Part shown: positions 1-8,164 of the stretch, one piece after another
How positions within the stretch are numbered: position 1 is the first letter of the stretch
Layout of the letters: each line of letters opens with the position of its first letter
IMG/VR virus record: IMGVR_UViG_3300017766_002047
Location: 1 to 45,303 of that record
DNA length: 45,303 nucleotides
DNA from: a virus
Taxonomy: Duplodnaviria; Caudoviricetes
Direction: 5' to 3' (one strand)
Program-made: the position numbers and the translations under genes
Notes under the pieces: model-generated
Seen by the model: the letters and a program-made list of their open reading frames with translations, nothing else
Told to the model about the DNA's origin: nothing
The model's database searches: none

Positions 1-123
1 ACGGAGATCATTCTGCACGCCGGGCTGATCCGCGAAGAACTGGCGCGCGAGATCAGCAGCGACTTCCCGACGAACACGATCAACGACTACCTCGCGACGC
101 TCTATCTGGGCTGGATCAATCGC
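1..123. repeat. Terminal overlap identical to 45181-45303 (circular assembly overlap)
   Basis: The first 123 nt match the last 123 nt, and an ORF reads in frame through the junction. Confidence 0.95.
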
Positions 124-213
124 GTGGGCTTCACGACGCACAAGAAGCGCAGCGTGCGCTGGCGCTGGAAGCTCGTGTCGTACGTCGTACGCAAATTCGG
201 ACTACTCAGCTAA
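1..213 (+). CDS. 3' part of the origin-spanning hypothetical protein starting at 44863
   Basis: Frame 1 is open from base 1 to TAA at 211-213. Confidence 0.75.
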   Translation, partial: TEIILHAGLIREELAREISSDFPTNTINDYLATLYLGWINRVGFTTHKKRSVRWRWKLVSYVVRKFGLLS

Positions 214-374
214 GAGGGGAGCGTTCCTCCCGCAGCCCGGCTAGGTCACGGGGCGGGCAAACAACGGGCATTATGAAGAAGCGCCTGCACGGCGCGGCGT
301 GCTCCCCCGGCTTAGGCCGCATTTAGCGCGAATAGTGTCAATACCTAGCACTTTGATTTCACAGGAGAACTACC

Positions 375-779
375 ATGAACGAGACAAGCAACACCAAGCG
401 CCCGCAAGTCAACCCGAACGACTTGAGCGAGGCGGAGATCAGGCTGGCGTTCAAGCATCGCCCGCACGGCGTACGACGCTGGACGGCGGAGGAGCGCAAG
501 CTCGTGAAGCGTCTGCGGCGCGGACTGGCAGCGCGCAAGCTCCCGGGCTACGTGCCCCACCCGGCACACTTCGACTACCCCGCCGACGTGAAGCAGCGCC
601 GCGAGTGGCAGAATTTCCTGATCGGCAAGGGTCTGGCGTCGAGCACGACGGACGCGGCCATGCTCTGCACCCCAGCGCTCCGCAAGCCGCGAGGCCGCAG
701 CATGATGCGTGTGCCGTACGGCTGTCAGGTTCCCATGATCGACGTGAAGCGCGGGTTCCTCCACCAGTACACCGGCTGA
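375..779 (+). CDS. Hypothetical protein
   Basis: AGGAG RBS upstream of ATG; 134 aa basic protein. Confidence 0.75.
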   Translation: MNETSNTKRPQVNPNDLSEAEIRLAFKHRPHGVRRWTAEERKLVKRLRRGLAARKLPGYVPHPAHFDYPADVKQRREWQNFLIGKGLASSTTDAAMLCTPALRKPRGRSMMRVPYGCQVPMIDVKRGFLHQYTG

Positions 780-821
780 CGGCACGGGATTTGCACTACA
801 CGAATGGTTCGCGTAGTGTAA
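779..821 (+). promoter_or_regulatory. Overlapping sigma54-like site (779-795) and sigma70-like promoter (TTGCAC-N17-TAGTGT) within an inverted repeat
   Basis: ACGGCACGGGATTTGCA fits GG-N10-GC. TTGCAC 791-796, TAGTGT 814-819. Imperfect palindrome 791-821. Confidence 0.6.
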
Positions 822-836
822 CGCAGAGAGGCAAAC

Positions 837-1379
837 ATGCGTAACGATTTCAAGGGTATAGCACTGGGCGAGAAGGTGCTCGTCGTTGTTACTGGACGGT
901 ACAGCGACGAGGCGCACGCTCACGACGGCGAAGTGGTCAAGATCACACCTAGCGGCCAAGTCACGATCCGCTACAGCAAGATCGACCGACGTTTCGGGGC
1001 CAACGGGCGACCAATTGGCGAGGGCTCCTACTCCTCAACGTCGTACGACGTGGTGCGCGGCGACGCGATCCTGCTCGTACGGCAGCGTGTGGACGCCGAG
1101 AGCGAGGCGCGGAGGCTCTACAACTCCATCCTCACCTGCGCCACCACGATCAAGGACAAGACGCACCAGTCATCGCGCTACAGTCGCCTGAGCGTGCCTG
1201 AGCCCGAATTGGCGAAGATGGTGGACGACGCCGTTGAACTGGTCGCGAAGGACTGGGCGGCGTTCAAGGCCATGACCCGGCGCGTGCGCGGCCTACAACA
1301 ACAGGAGGCCGACGCCGAGCGCACCCGGATCGAGGCGCAGCGCGCGGCGGCGCAGAAAGAAGCCGAGGAGCGCGACTGA
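837..1379 (+). CDS. Hypothetical protein (beta-rich N-terminus, coiled-coil C-terminus)
   Basis: GAGAGG RBS; TGATG coupling to the next gene. Confidence 0.75.
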   Translation: MRNDFKGIALGEKVLVVVTGRYSDEAHAHDGEVVKITPSGQVTIRYSKIDRRFGANGRPIGEGSYSSTSYDVVRGDAILLVRQRVDAESEARRLYNSILTCATTIKDKTHQSSRYSRLSVPEPELAKMVDDAVELVAKDWAAFKAMTRRVRGLQQQEADAERTRIEAQRAAAQKEAEERD

Positions 1380-1972
1380 TGCAGCCCGCACGCGTCATCT
1401 GGAAGTGGCCTATGGGCCGACGCCCCAGACGCCTAGCGCTCGACGCCGTACGACCGTACCGCGACACGGGCACGCTGTTCATCACCGGCTCGCGACTGAT
1501 CGAGGACGAGTATGTCAGGGCCAGCCCAGCCATCGTACGGCTGAAGGCGCGGACGCTCAACGAGGAGCCCGACGGCGCTGGGATCATCACCGTCGGCGGG
1601 TTCATGAGCGCCCAGAAGCGTGGCCTTGGGTTCCCTGCGTGGGTCAAGCGCGTGGTCGTGCTCTGGGACGTGGCAACCCCACCGTTCTACGGCAAGTTCT
1701 GCAAGGCGCTCCGACACTGGCAGACGCAAGGCGTCGCGCTCGTGCTCCAAGCCTCGCTGATGCGGATGGACGCCGACAGGCTATGGACGCTCGCCAAGTT
1801 CGCGGGCGTGCCCAGCCCCAACCTGCGTGTCGTGCGCGAGGTGTACTGCGTGCAGACCCGCTACGGCTGGCGCTATCATGCTGACGTACGACGGCTCACC
1901 CCCGAGGGTATGAAGTGGGCGCTTTTCACACTTGACAAGCTCAAGTGTCCTGAGAAAGAACTGGTCGGATGA
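1379..1972 (+). CDS. Hypothetical protein, possibly a degenerate SNF2-helicase-like lobe
   Basis: Coupled on both sides; LWTLAKF...VYC...YGW resembles the segment after SNF2 motif III; no Walker A. Confidence 0.6.
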   Translation: MQPARVIWKWPMGRRPRRLALDAVRPYRDTGTLFITGSRLIEDEYVRASPAIVRLKARTLNEEPDGAGIITVGGFMSAQKRGLGFPAWVKRVVVLWDVATPPFYGKFCKALRHWQTQGVALVLQASLMRMDADRLWTLAKFAGVPSPNLRVVREVYCVQTRYGWRYHADVRRLTPEGMKWALFTLDKLKCPEKELVG

Positions 1973-2337
1973 CACCCCGCGAAGCCGCCGCCCTGTTCAA
2001 GCTGCCGTACGACGACATGGACGCTGGATGGGGCAGCGACATTCGCGACGCCTACGCCGCGTTCGTGCGCGAGGATCACCCTGACAGCGGCACGGGCACC
2101 GGCGCGAACCTCAAGCGCTACAAGCTGGCGAAGGAAGTGTTGCTCGCCCACTTCACGAAGATGCCCAGTCGTACGAAGTGTTCCGTCTGTGACGGACATG
2201 GCGTGATAGTTGCAGGCGGGTTGAAACCAACCCCATGCCCGAAAGGATGCAAGAATGACCAAGGACCCGTATCTGGAGGCTCTGGAGGAACTGGACGCTT
2301 TGGCGGTCCAATCCGCACAGGAGGAGGCCGCTTTTAA
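1969..2337 (+). CDS. DnaJ-like J-domain protein with zinc-finger remnant
   Basis: IRDAY...EDHPD...AKEVL J-domain signature; CSVCDGHG and CPKGC motifs. Confidence 0.75.
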   Translation: MTPREAAALFKLPYDDMDAGWGSDIRDAYAAFVREDHPDSGTGTGANLKRYKLAKEVLLAHFTKMPSRTKCSVCDGHGVIVAGGLKPTPCPKGCKNDQGPVSGGSGGTGRFGGPIRTGGGRF

Positions 2338-2677
2338 GGAGCGCTGGCGCGAGGACGTGCTCCGCCGTCTGCGCGGCGATATCCGGCGGCTGGAGGAGAA
2401 CCTAAGCCACGCCCAGAAGGGTTTCGAGCTTGCGCTCCGCCAAGGCATCGACCGCCTGTTCATCAAGCATCTCGACACCAGCGACGAGATGAAGTCTGCC
2501 GTACGAAGCTGGGAGCAAATGCGCGACACCATCATGCGCGGCACTCAGGACCGGCTGAAGCTGAAGTTCGACAGCCGAGAGCGGATCGACATTGGCGAGC
2601 GCGTCAACACGTACGAGCTTCGCATGGAGCCGTGGGTTTTTCGCTACATGAACAACGTCCCGCTGCGCCCGTTCTGA
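2255..2677 (+). CDS. Hypothetical protein (coiled-coil)
   Basis: AGGA upstream of ATG; helical, charged composition. Confidence 0.7.
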   Translation: MTKDPYLEALEELDALAVQSAQEEAAFKERWREDVLRRLRGDIRRLEENLSHAQKGFELALRQGIDRLFIKHLDTSDEMKSAVRSWEQMRDTIMRGTQDRLKLKFDSRERIDIGERVNTYELRMEPWVFRYMNNVPLRPF

Positions 2678-2684
2678 GCCGGGG

Positions 2685-2713
2685 TTGACAATCGGCAACC
2701 CTTGAGCGATTTT
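2685..2713 (+). promoter_or_regulatory. Putative sigma70 promoter for the replication operon
   Basis: TTGACA at 2685-2690 in the intergenic gap; weak -10 (GATTTT) at 17 bp. Confidence 0.45.
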
Positions 2714-2738
2714 GCGGCGTGAAGGCACCGGAGCGCAG

Positions 2739-4883
2739 ATGGCATCACTATTCGAGCAAGACCTCGCGCGCTCTGGCATCTCACCCGAGACAGCGTACGC
2801 GGCAGGCATCTACGAAGTAGCAAACGCGAAGGACGAGGTGCTGCCTGAGTTCAAGGCCGTGCCGTCCATCGTGTTCCCATACTTCGACCCTCGCAACCGC
2901 GATGAAGTCATGCGCTTTGAGCGTGACGGTCGTACGGAGGAGTTCGCTCGCGTGCGCTATATGCGCGTGCTGGGCAAGCAGCGCCGGTACGACCAGCCCC
3001 GTCAGTCTGGCATCATGGCCTACTTCCCGCGCATCCTCGACTGGCCCAGCATCATCGCGAACCCCAACGTGCCGATCATCATCACGGAGGGCGAGAAGAA
3101 AGCGCTTTCGCTCTGCGCGGCTGGCTATCCCTGCATCGGGCTGGGCGGCGTGGACAACTTCAAGTCGATGGGCCGTCTGATCGCCAGCCTCGAATGCGTG
3201 AACTGGGGCAAGCGCATCGTCATCATCCTGTTCGACAGCGACCGCGCCGAGAAGCCCCAGATACGCGTGGCCGAGGATCGTCTGGCCCAAGAGCTTTCGA
3301 CCCAGCGCGGCGCGGACATGCGGATCGCGCAACTGCCGCCCGGGCCTGACGGGATCAAGATGGGCGTGGACGACTACCTTGTGGCGTACGGCGTAGGTCC
3401 GCTGCTGGAGATCATCAAGCAAGCCATGCCGATCCGCAAGGTGGACGCTGCCGTACGGTCGCTCAACAGCGAAGTGGCGTGGATCGAGCGCGACGGTTGT
3501 CTGTACGACTATGACGGCGACGACATGCTCAGCAAGTCCAGCTTCGTGGAGGGCTCGCGGCACAGCATCCACAAGATCGCTCAGGCATCGCCCAACAGCA
3601 ACAAGGTCGTCACGGTCAGCGTGGCGAAGGAATGGCTCACACACCCGGAGGCCACGCGCTTCTGGGACGTGGTGTTCGACCCCTCGACAGACGAGCGCGT
3701 GATCCAGCGCGGCAACGGTCTGCCCAACATGAATATGTGGCGCGGCTTCCAACCTATCCCCGGCGACGTGACCCCCTTCCTTGAACTGAATGCCCACATC
3801 ACGCAGAACATGCACCCGGCTCAGCGCGACCTCCCGCTGAAGATCATGGCCTACAAGGCGCAGAACCCGGGCGAGAAGATACCGCTCGCCATCGCATTCG
3901 TCGGCGCGATCCAAGGCTCAGGCAAGTCGCTCTGGTGCGAACTGATGATGGACGCCTTCACGCCGTACGTCACAACCATCACCAGCGACGTGCTGAAGTC
4001 CGAGTTCAACGGCTGGACCGAGCGCAACATGATTACTTTCATTGACGAGGCCAAGCCCGACGAGATGCGGGAGTGCTCCGATAAGGTGAAGCGCCTGATT
4101 TCCGGCAACACCGTGCGGGCCAACGAGAAGTACCGCAAGGCGCGCGACGTACCGAACCACACGCTTGTCCTGATCGCGTCGAACTATCCCGAGATCGCGG
4201 CGACGGAGCGCGGCGACCGCCGGATGGTCATCGTTGCCTGCCCCGGCGCGCGTGAGAAGCCGTTCTATGACCGGATCAAGCACTGGCGTGAGAAAGAGGA
4301 CGGCGGGCTCCGCCTCCTCAACTACCTGCTGACGTACGACCTGCAAGGCTGGGTGCCACCGGCGCGACCGCCCGAGAGCCAAGAGCGGATCATGGCGCGG
4401 CAGGAGAGCCTGACGCCGATCCAGCAGCTTGCCGACACCATGCTCAACTCCGACCGCAACATCATCGCGATGTGGGCCGTGGACGCGCTCCGTACGGCGC
4501 AACAGATGCAGACGAACGACAACCCGTCCATCGCCGCGCATGGCCGCGATGCGTCAGTGTGGCTCAGCGAGATGCGTATCCGCCCCTTCTACACGCCCAA
4601 AGAGATCGCCATGTTGTTCCCTCACTTGGCCGAGACAGTGCTGGGCGGGCGTGGCTTCACGCAGCAACCGGCCAACGTGCTCAGCCGCGAGCTACGGAAG
4701 GCGCAAATCCCCTACCTCCTGTCAGCCGACAACCCCGAGGGCTTCATCTGGCAGGGCAAGCTGGCACAATTCTTGATTGTCACGGAGCACGAGGCGTTTC
4801 GGCGTCCCTATACGCAACACGAGTTCGATGAGATCGTACGGCACGCGCCCCGGCTCGCGGACCTCATAAAAGGATCAGGCTGA
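2739..4883 (+). CDS. Primase-helicase: N-terminal TOPRIM (DUF3854-like) primase plus C-terminal SF3-type helicase
   Basis: IITEGEKKA, FDSD and GVDDYL TOPRIM motifs; Walker A GAIQGSGKS, Walker B FIDE, motif C IASN; GGAG RBS before ATG 2739. Confidence 0.9.
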   Translation: MASLFEQDLARSGISPETAYAAGIYEVANAKDEVLPEFKAVPSIVFPYFDPRNRDEVMRFERDGRTEEFARVRYMRVLGKQRRYDQPRQSGIMAYFPRILDWPSIIANPNVPIIITEGEKKALSLCAAGYPCIGLGGVDNFKSMGRLIASLECVNWGKRIVIILFDSDRAEKPQIRVAEDRLAQELSTQRGADMRIAQLPPGPDGIKMGVDDYLVAYGVGPLLEIIKQAMPIRKVDAAVRSLNSEVAWIERDGCLYDYDGDDMLSKSSFVEGSRHSIHKIAQASPNSNKVVTVSVAKEWLTHPEATRFWDVVFDPSTDERVIQRGNGLPNMNMWRGFQPIPGDVTPFLELNAHITQNMHPAQRDLPLKIMAYKAQNPGEKIPLAIAFVGAIQGSGKSLWCELMMDAFTPYVTTITSDVLKSEFNGWTERNMITFIDEAKPDEMRECSDKVKRLISGNTVRANEKYRKARDVPNHTLVLIASNYPEIAATERGDRRMVIVACPGAREKPFYDRIKHWREKEDGGLRLLNYLLTYDLQGWVPPARPPESQERIMARQESLTPIQQLADTMLNSDRNIIAMWAVDALRTAQQMQTNDNPSIAAHGRDASVWLSEMRIRPFYTPKEIAMLFPHLAETVLGGRGFTQQPANVLSRELRKAQIPYLLSADNPEGFIWQGKLAQFLIVTEHEAFRRPYTQHEFDEIVRHAPRLADLIKGSG

Positions 4884-5311
4884 TGGAAGTCTCACCCGCA
4901 TACCTGCCCGGCGGCGAAATCCCCGAGGCGATGGGCATCGTCGGTGACTTGCTCAAAGAGGTGGAGGAGCTTCGCCTCGCATTCGAGAAGGGCGTGGTCG
5001 AGAAGCTGAAGGCGCGGGAGCATGAGCTTCGGGAGCATCTGATCGCAAATCTGGAGAAGTCCCGCGAAGGCGGCGGCGACACCGGCGCGGTCGGTCGCAA
5101 GTATCGCGTCCAGATCAAGGACAAGGAAGCGCCGCGCGTCCCCAAGGACAACTGGCCGCTGTTCTACGCCTACGTCCAGCGCACCGGCAGGTTCGACTTG
5201 CTACAGAAGCGGCTCAGTGATAAGGCTGTGCTGGAGATGAAGGACGCAGGGCAACTGCCGGATGGCATCGAAGTTGCATTGATCCCGACGATATCGCTCA
5301 CCAAGGTCTGA
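4883..5311 (+). CDS. Phage replication-module hypothetical protein
   Basis: WPLFYAYV...FDLLQKRLS resembles small proteins found next to phage SSB/PolA genes; coupled start. Confidence 0.75.
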   Translation: MEVSPAYLPGGEIPEAMGIVGDLLKEVEELRLAFEKGVVEKLKAREHELREHLIANLEKSREGGGDTGAVGRKYRVQIKDKEAPRVPKDNWPLFYAYVQRTGRFDLLQKRLSDKAVLEMKDAGQLPDGIEVALIPTISLTKV

Positions 5312-5321
5312 GAGGCAACCC

Positions 5322-6113
5322 ATGACCCAACTCCCCGTTACCCAACAGCCCGGCACCGCGCTCGTGAGTGTCGATGACCAGTGGGCCGCGTACGCTCAGC
5401 AGCAGGCGCAATTCATCCCCACGGTCGGCGGCGACTTCCTGTCGATCCGGGGCGGCATGTTCTCGCTGGGCGACGACACGCTGGGCACGCAAATCTGCGT
5501 GGTCATCACGGACGCCGTGATGGAAAACACCTACTACACCGGCAAGTATCAGGAGGGCGTGCAGAACGCGCCCAAGTGCTACGCGTTCGGTCGCGAGGAG
5601 AAGGAGATGGGGCCGCACATCACGATGGCGGATCACCCCCGCTTCTTCGTGCCCCAAGCGGCGGGCTGCGCCGGTTGCCAGCACAACGTCTGGGGCTCTG
5701 CCGAGCAGGGCAAGGGCAAGCGCTGCCAGAACCGCTGGCGTCTCGCCGTCATCCCGGGCGGCATCTATGGGCCGCAGGGCCTGCAACTGTTCAACGACCC
5801 GAACCACTTCCAGACCGAGGACATTCTCTCGCTCAAGGTGCCGGTCACGTCAGGCACGAACTGGAAGAAGTACGTTGCCTCCGTACGGCAGGCTGTGTCC
5901 CGCCCGACGTTCGGCGTCTACACCCGGATGCACCTGACGCCCGACAAGAAGGACCAGTACCACCTGAATTTCGAGATGGTGGACCTCCTGCCCAACGACC
6001 TCATGCTGCCGATTGTCAATCGCGCGCAGAACAGCGAGGACACGCTGGTGCGGGGCTACATGCCGCCCGACGAGTTCCAAGGCAACAACCCCGGCCATCC
6101 CGACCCTCGGTAG
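5322..6113 (+). CDS. Putative ssDNA-binding/annealing protein
   Basis: Position between primase and PolA; PKCY, CAGCQHNVWGS and GKRC Cys pattern; GAGG RBS. Confidence 0.6.
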   Translation: MTQLPVTQQPGTALVSVDDQWAAYAQQQAQFIPTVGGDFLSIRGGMFSLGDDTLGTQICVVITDAVMENTYYTGKYQEGVQNAPKCYAFGREEKEMGPHITMADHPRFFVPQAAGCAGCQHNVWGSAEQGKGKRCQNRWRLAVIPGGIYGPQGLQLFNDPNHFQTEDILSLKVPVTSGTNWKKYVASVRQAVSRPTFGVYTRMHLTPDKKDQYHLNFEMVDLLPNDLMLPIVNRAQNSEDTLVRGYMPPDEFQGNNPGHPDPR

Positions 6114-6123
6114 GACGTACGAC

Positions 6124-6408
6124 ATGAGCGACATTCCGATCATCGGCAAGAAGCCCGACCCCATGCAGGACATTGCTGGGCATCAGGCGGTCATCACCGA
6201 GGCGCTGAAGAAGCGCGAGGCTCTGTTCACGCACGCGGCGCTGGCCTGCATAGGCACGACCGCCATGTGTCTGGAGCAGCACGCCACGGCCAACGGCATC
6301 AAGCCCGAGGTGGCACGGATGATGGGCATGTCCCTTCTACAGCAGTTGCAAGCGATCACCACACGGGCGTTCGCGGAAACTGTTGACGACACGCAGCAGA
6401 TCAACTAG
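6124..6408 (+). CDS. Hypothetical protein
   Basis: ATG 6124 lies within the TAGGACGTACGACATG junction. Confidence 0.7.
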   Translation: MSDIPIIGKKPDPMQDIAGHQAVITEALKKREALFTHAALACIGTTAMCLEQHATANGIKPEVARMMGMSLLQQLQAITTRAFAETVDDTQQIN

Positions 6409-6417
6409 GAGGCCAGC

Positions 6418-6762
6418 ATGGCTATTCAACGACTTCCCGAGCCCGGTCTGGGCCACAACGGCGGACCTCCGATGGAGGGCTCCGACGCGTCCCAAGCGAA
6501 CGCCAACCGGCTGACGCAGCAGGCGAAGGACAACCTCGCGGCGCTGGCCGACCGGATCAAGAACGTCCGCGAGGAGAAGAAAGCGCTGGGCGAGGCCGAG
6601 CGTGAAATCTTCGCGGAGGCCAAGGCGATGGGCTACGACCAGAAGGCACTGCGCGCCGCGCTCGCCCGCCAAGCCGCCGAGGAGAAGGACAAGCAGGCGC
6701 TGGAGGAGCACGAGCAAATCCGCGACCTCTACCTGCTGGTCCTGCAAGAGCAGAGTTCCTGA
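6418..6762 (+). CDS. gapR: GapR-like (DUF2312) DNA-binding protein
   Basis: RIKNVREEKKALGEAEREIFAEAKAMGYDQKALR matches the GapR/DUF2312 signature; GGAGG RBS. Confidence 0.8.
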   Translation: MAIQRLPEPGLGHNGGPPMEGSDASQANANRLTQQAKDNLAALADRIKNVREEKKALGEAEREIFAEAKAMGYDQKALRAALARQAAEEKDKQALEEHEQIRDLYLLVLQEQSS

Positions 6763-6883
6763 GTTTAGAAAAGGGGCCACGGGCTTTCAACGCCGCCTGT
6801 GGTTAAATGACACGGCTTAGTAGTGCGCCCGACTTTTCTAACGTACGACGTGCCTACCCCAACCCGCTCATTAGGAGGCAACC

Positions 6884-7381
6884 TTGAGCCATATCTCTGA
6901 CAAGTACGACACCCTGACCGCTTCGCCCGACGCTCACGTCGAGGGCGTGAAGGAGAACCCGCAGTGGACCGAGGCCGAGATGGCTAAGGCCAAGGACAAC
7001 GCCGCCTCGCAGGGCGAGGAGCGCACCATCAACCGCCTGCCGCCGTTCATCCGCAAGCTGCTGGACGACGCCCTTGCGAAGTCCACCGGGCCGCGCGAAG
7101 AAGTCGTGGAGAACCTGATCGAGCGCTTCAAGGACGGCATCGCCGCCACCGCGCTGCGCGAAGGCCAACCCACCAACGGCGAAGTCTACGCGGCGTTCTA
7201 CGCGCTGCTGGGCGAGTTCCTGTCCGTCGGCCTGCTTGCTCCGTACGGCGCGCTGGAAGAAGTTCCGCTCGTCGGCGGGAAGATCGCGGACGAGATCGAC
7301 CGTGTGGTCGAGGGCATCTACAACCGCAAGCAGTCGGCTCTGCGCGCCAAGTACCGCGCCGAGGACGAACTGGGCGTCTGA
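6884..7381 (+). CDS. Hypothetical protein
   Basis: AGGAGG RBS with TTG start. Confidence 0.75.
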   Translation: MSHISDKYDTLTASPDAHVEGVKENPQWTEAEMAKAKDNAASQGEERTINRLPPFIRKLLDDALAKSTGPREEVVENLIERFKDGIAATALREGQPTNGEVYAAFYALLGEFLSVGLLAPYGALEEVPLVGGKIADEIDRVVEGIYNRKQSALRAKYRAEDELGV

Positions 7382-7734
7382 TGCTGGAGCCGGGGCACCT
7401 CAGTCCTGATCGGGCAGCGCGGTTGCTGACAGCCGCCGCGTTCGCCTACTACCGATGCAGCGAGAGCGTCATATCCGACGCGGAGAACGACGCTCTCGCC
7501 GTGTTCGTTGCCCACAACTGGGACTACCTGTCACCCGAGGTGCAGGAACGGCTCGACAGCGCAGACGCGATACGGGCCACGACGCACCACATCTGGATGA
7601 CCTCGAAAGACTACTTCGGCGCAATCGACTGGGCCTACTCGCTTGGCATAACTCTTGCAGCGCCACCGTTTGTGGCCGAGGCTGAGCAGGACACCCCCAG
7701 CGGTAAGGTCGGACTGATGGGGATCGGCGGATGA
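7381..7734 (+). CDS. Stand-alone NAD-dependent DNA ligase subdomain Ia-like protein
   Basis: AFAYY..SESVISDAENDAL resembles LigA Ia (YY...P.ISD.EYD); no KxDG adenylation motif. Confidence 0.65.
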   Translation: MLEPGHLSPDRAARLLTAAAFAYYRCSESVISDAENDALAVFVAHNWDYLSPEVQERLDSADAIRATTHHIWMTSKDYFGAIDWAYSLGITLAAPPFVAEAEQDTPSGKVGLMGIGG

Positions 7735-7919
7735 CGGCGAAGAACCAATTCCTCACACTGGAGGAGTTCTGTGACCTCCAAGTCGCCGCAGCCCGCGAGG
7801 TGGTGGACAGGCAGAACCCCGACATGCCCGAGGCCGACCGCGCGAAACTCGCCACGCAGGTGGCACACTACTTGCTTGCCGGATGGTCTGAGGCCGACAA
7901 CTTTGGGATGCTGCGATGA
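7731..7919 (+). CDS. Hypothetical protein
   Basis: ATGA-coupled on both sides. Confidence 0.6.
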   Translation: MTAKNQFLTLEEFCDLQVAAAREVVDRQNPDMPEADRAKLATQVAHYLLAGWSEADNFGMLR

Positions 7920-8164
7920 TTATCGAACACGAGGGCAGGCTGTACGTGACGAAGCCGCGCAAGTTCAAGCTCTACCCGCACCAGCGGGAGTTCCTTCGTG
8001 CGCTGGACCCCCGCCACGACTTCCGCCGTACGCCGTGGGCCGGGCAGGAGCGCTACACCTTCTCGCGCGGCCCGGCGGTCTACGGGCTGACCCGCGAGCG
8101 TCGCACGCTCCGCATCGGGAAGTGGCTCTACACATGGATATGGTGGCGAGATGGCGACGCCTAA
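7916..8164 (+). CDS. Hypothetical protein
   Basis: ATGA-coupled; overlaps the polA start. Confidence 0.55.
   Translation: MIIEHEGRLYVTKPRKFKLYPHQREFLRALDPRHDFRRTPWAGQERYTFSRGPAVYGLTRERRTLRIGKWLYTWIWWRDGDA

Noticed and set aside
1-123. Biological direct terminal repeat
   Set aside because: It falls in the middle of an ORF and has a k-mer-like length, so an assembler circular overlap is more likely
214-374. tRNA or structured ncRNA in the GC-rich intergenic gap
   Set aside because: Only short imperfect hairpins are present, with no cloverleaf or T-loop consensus recognised
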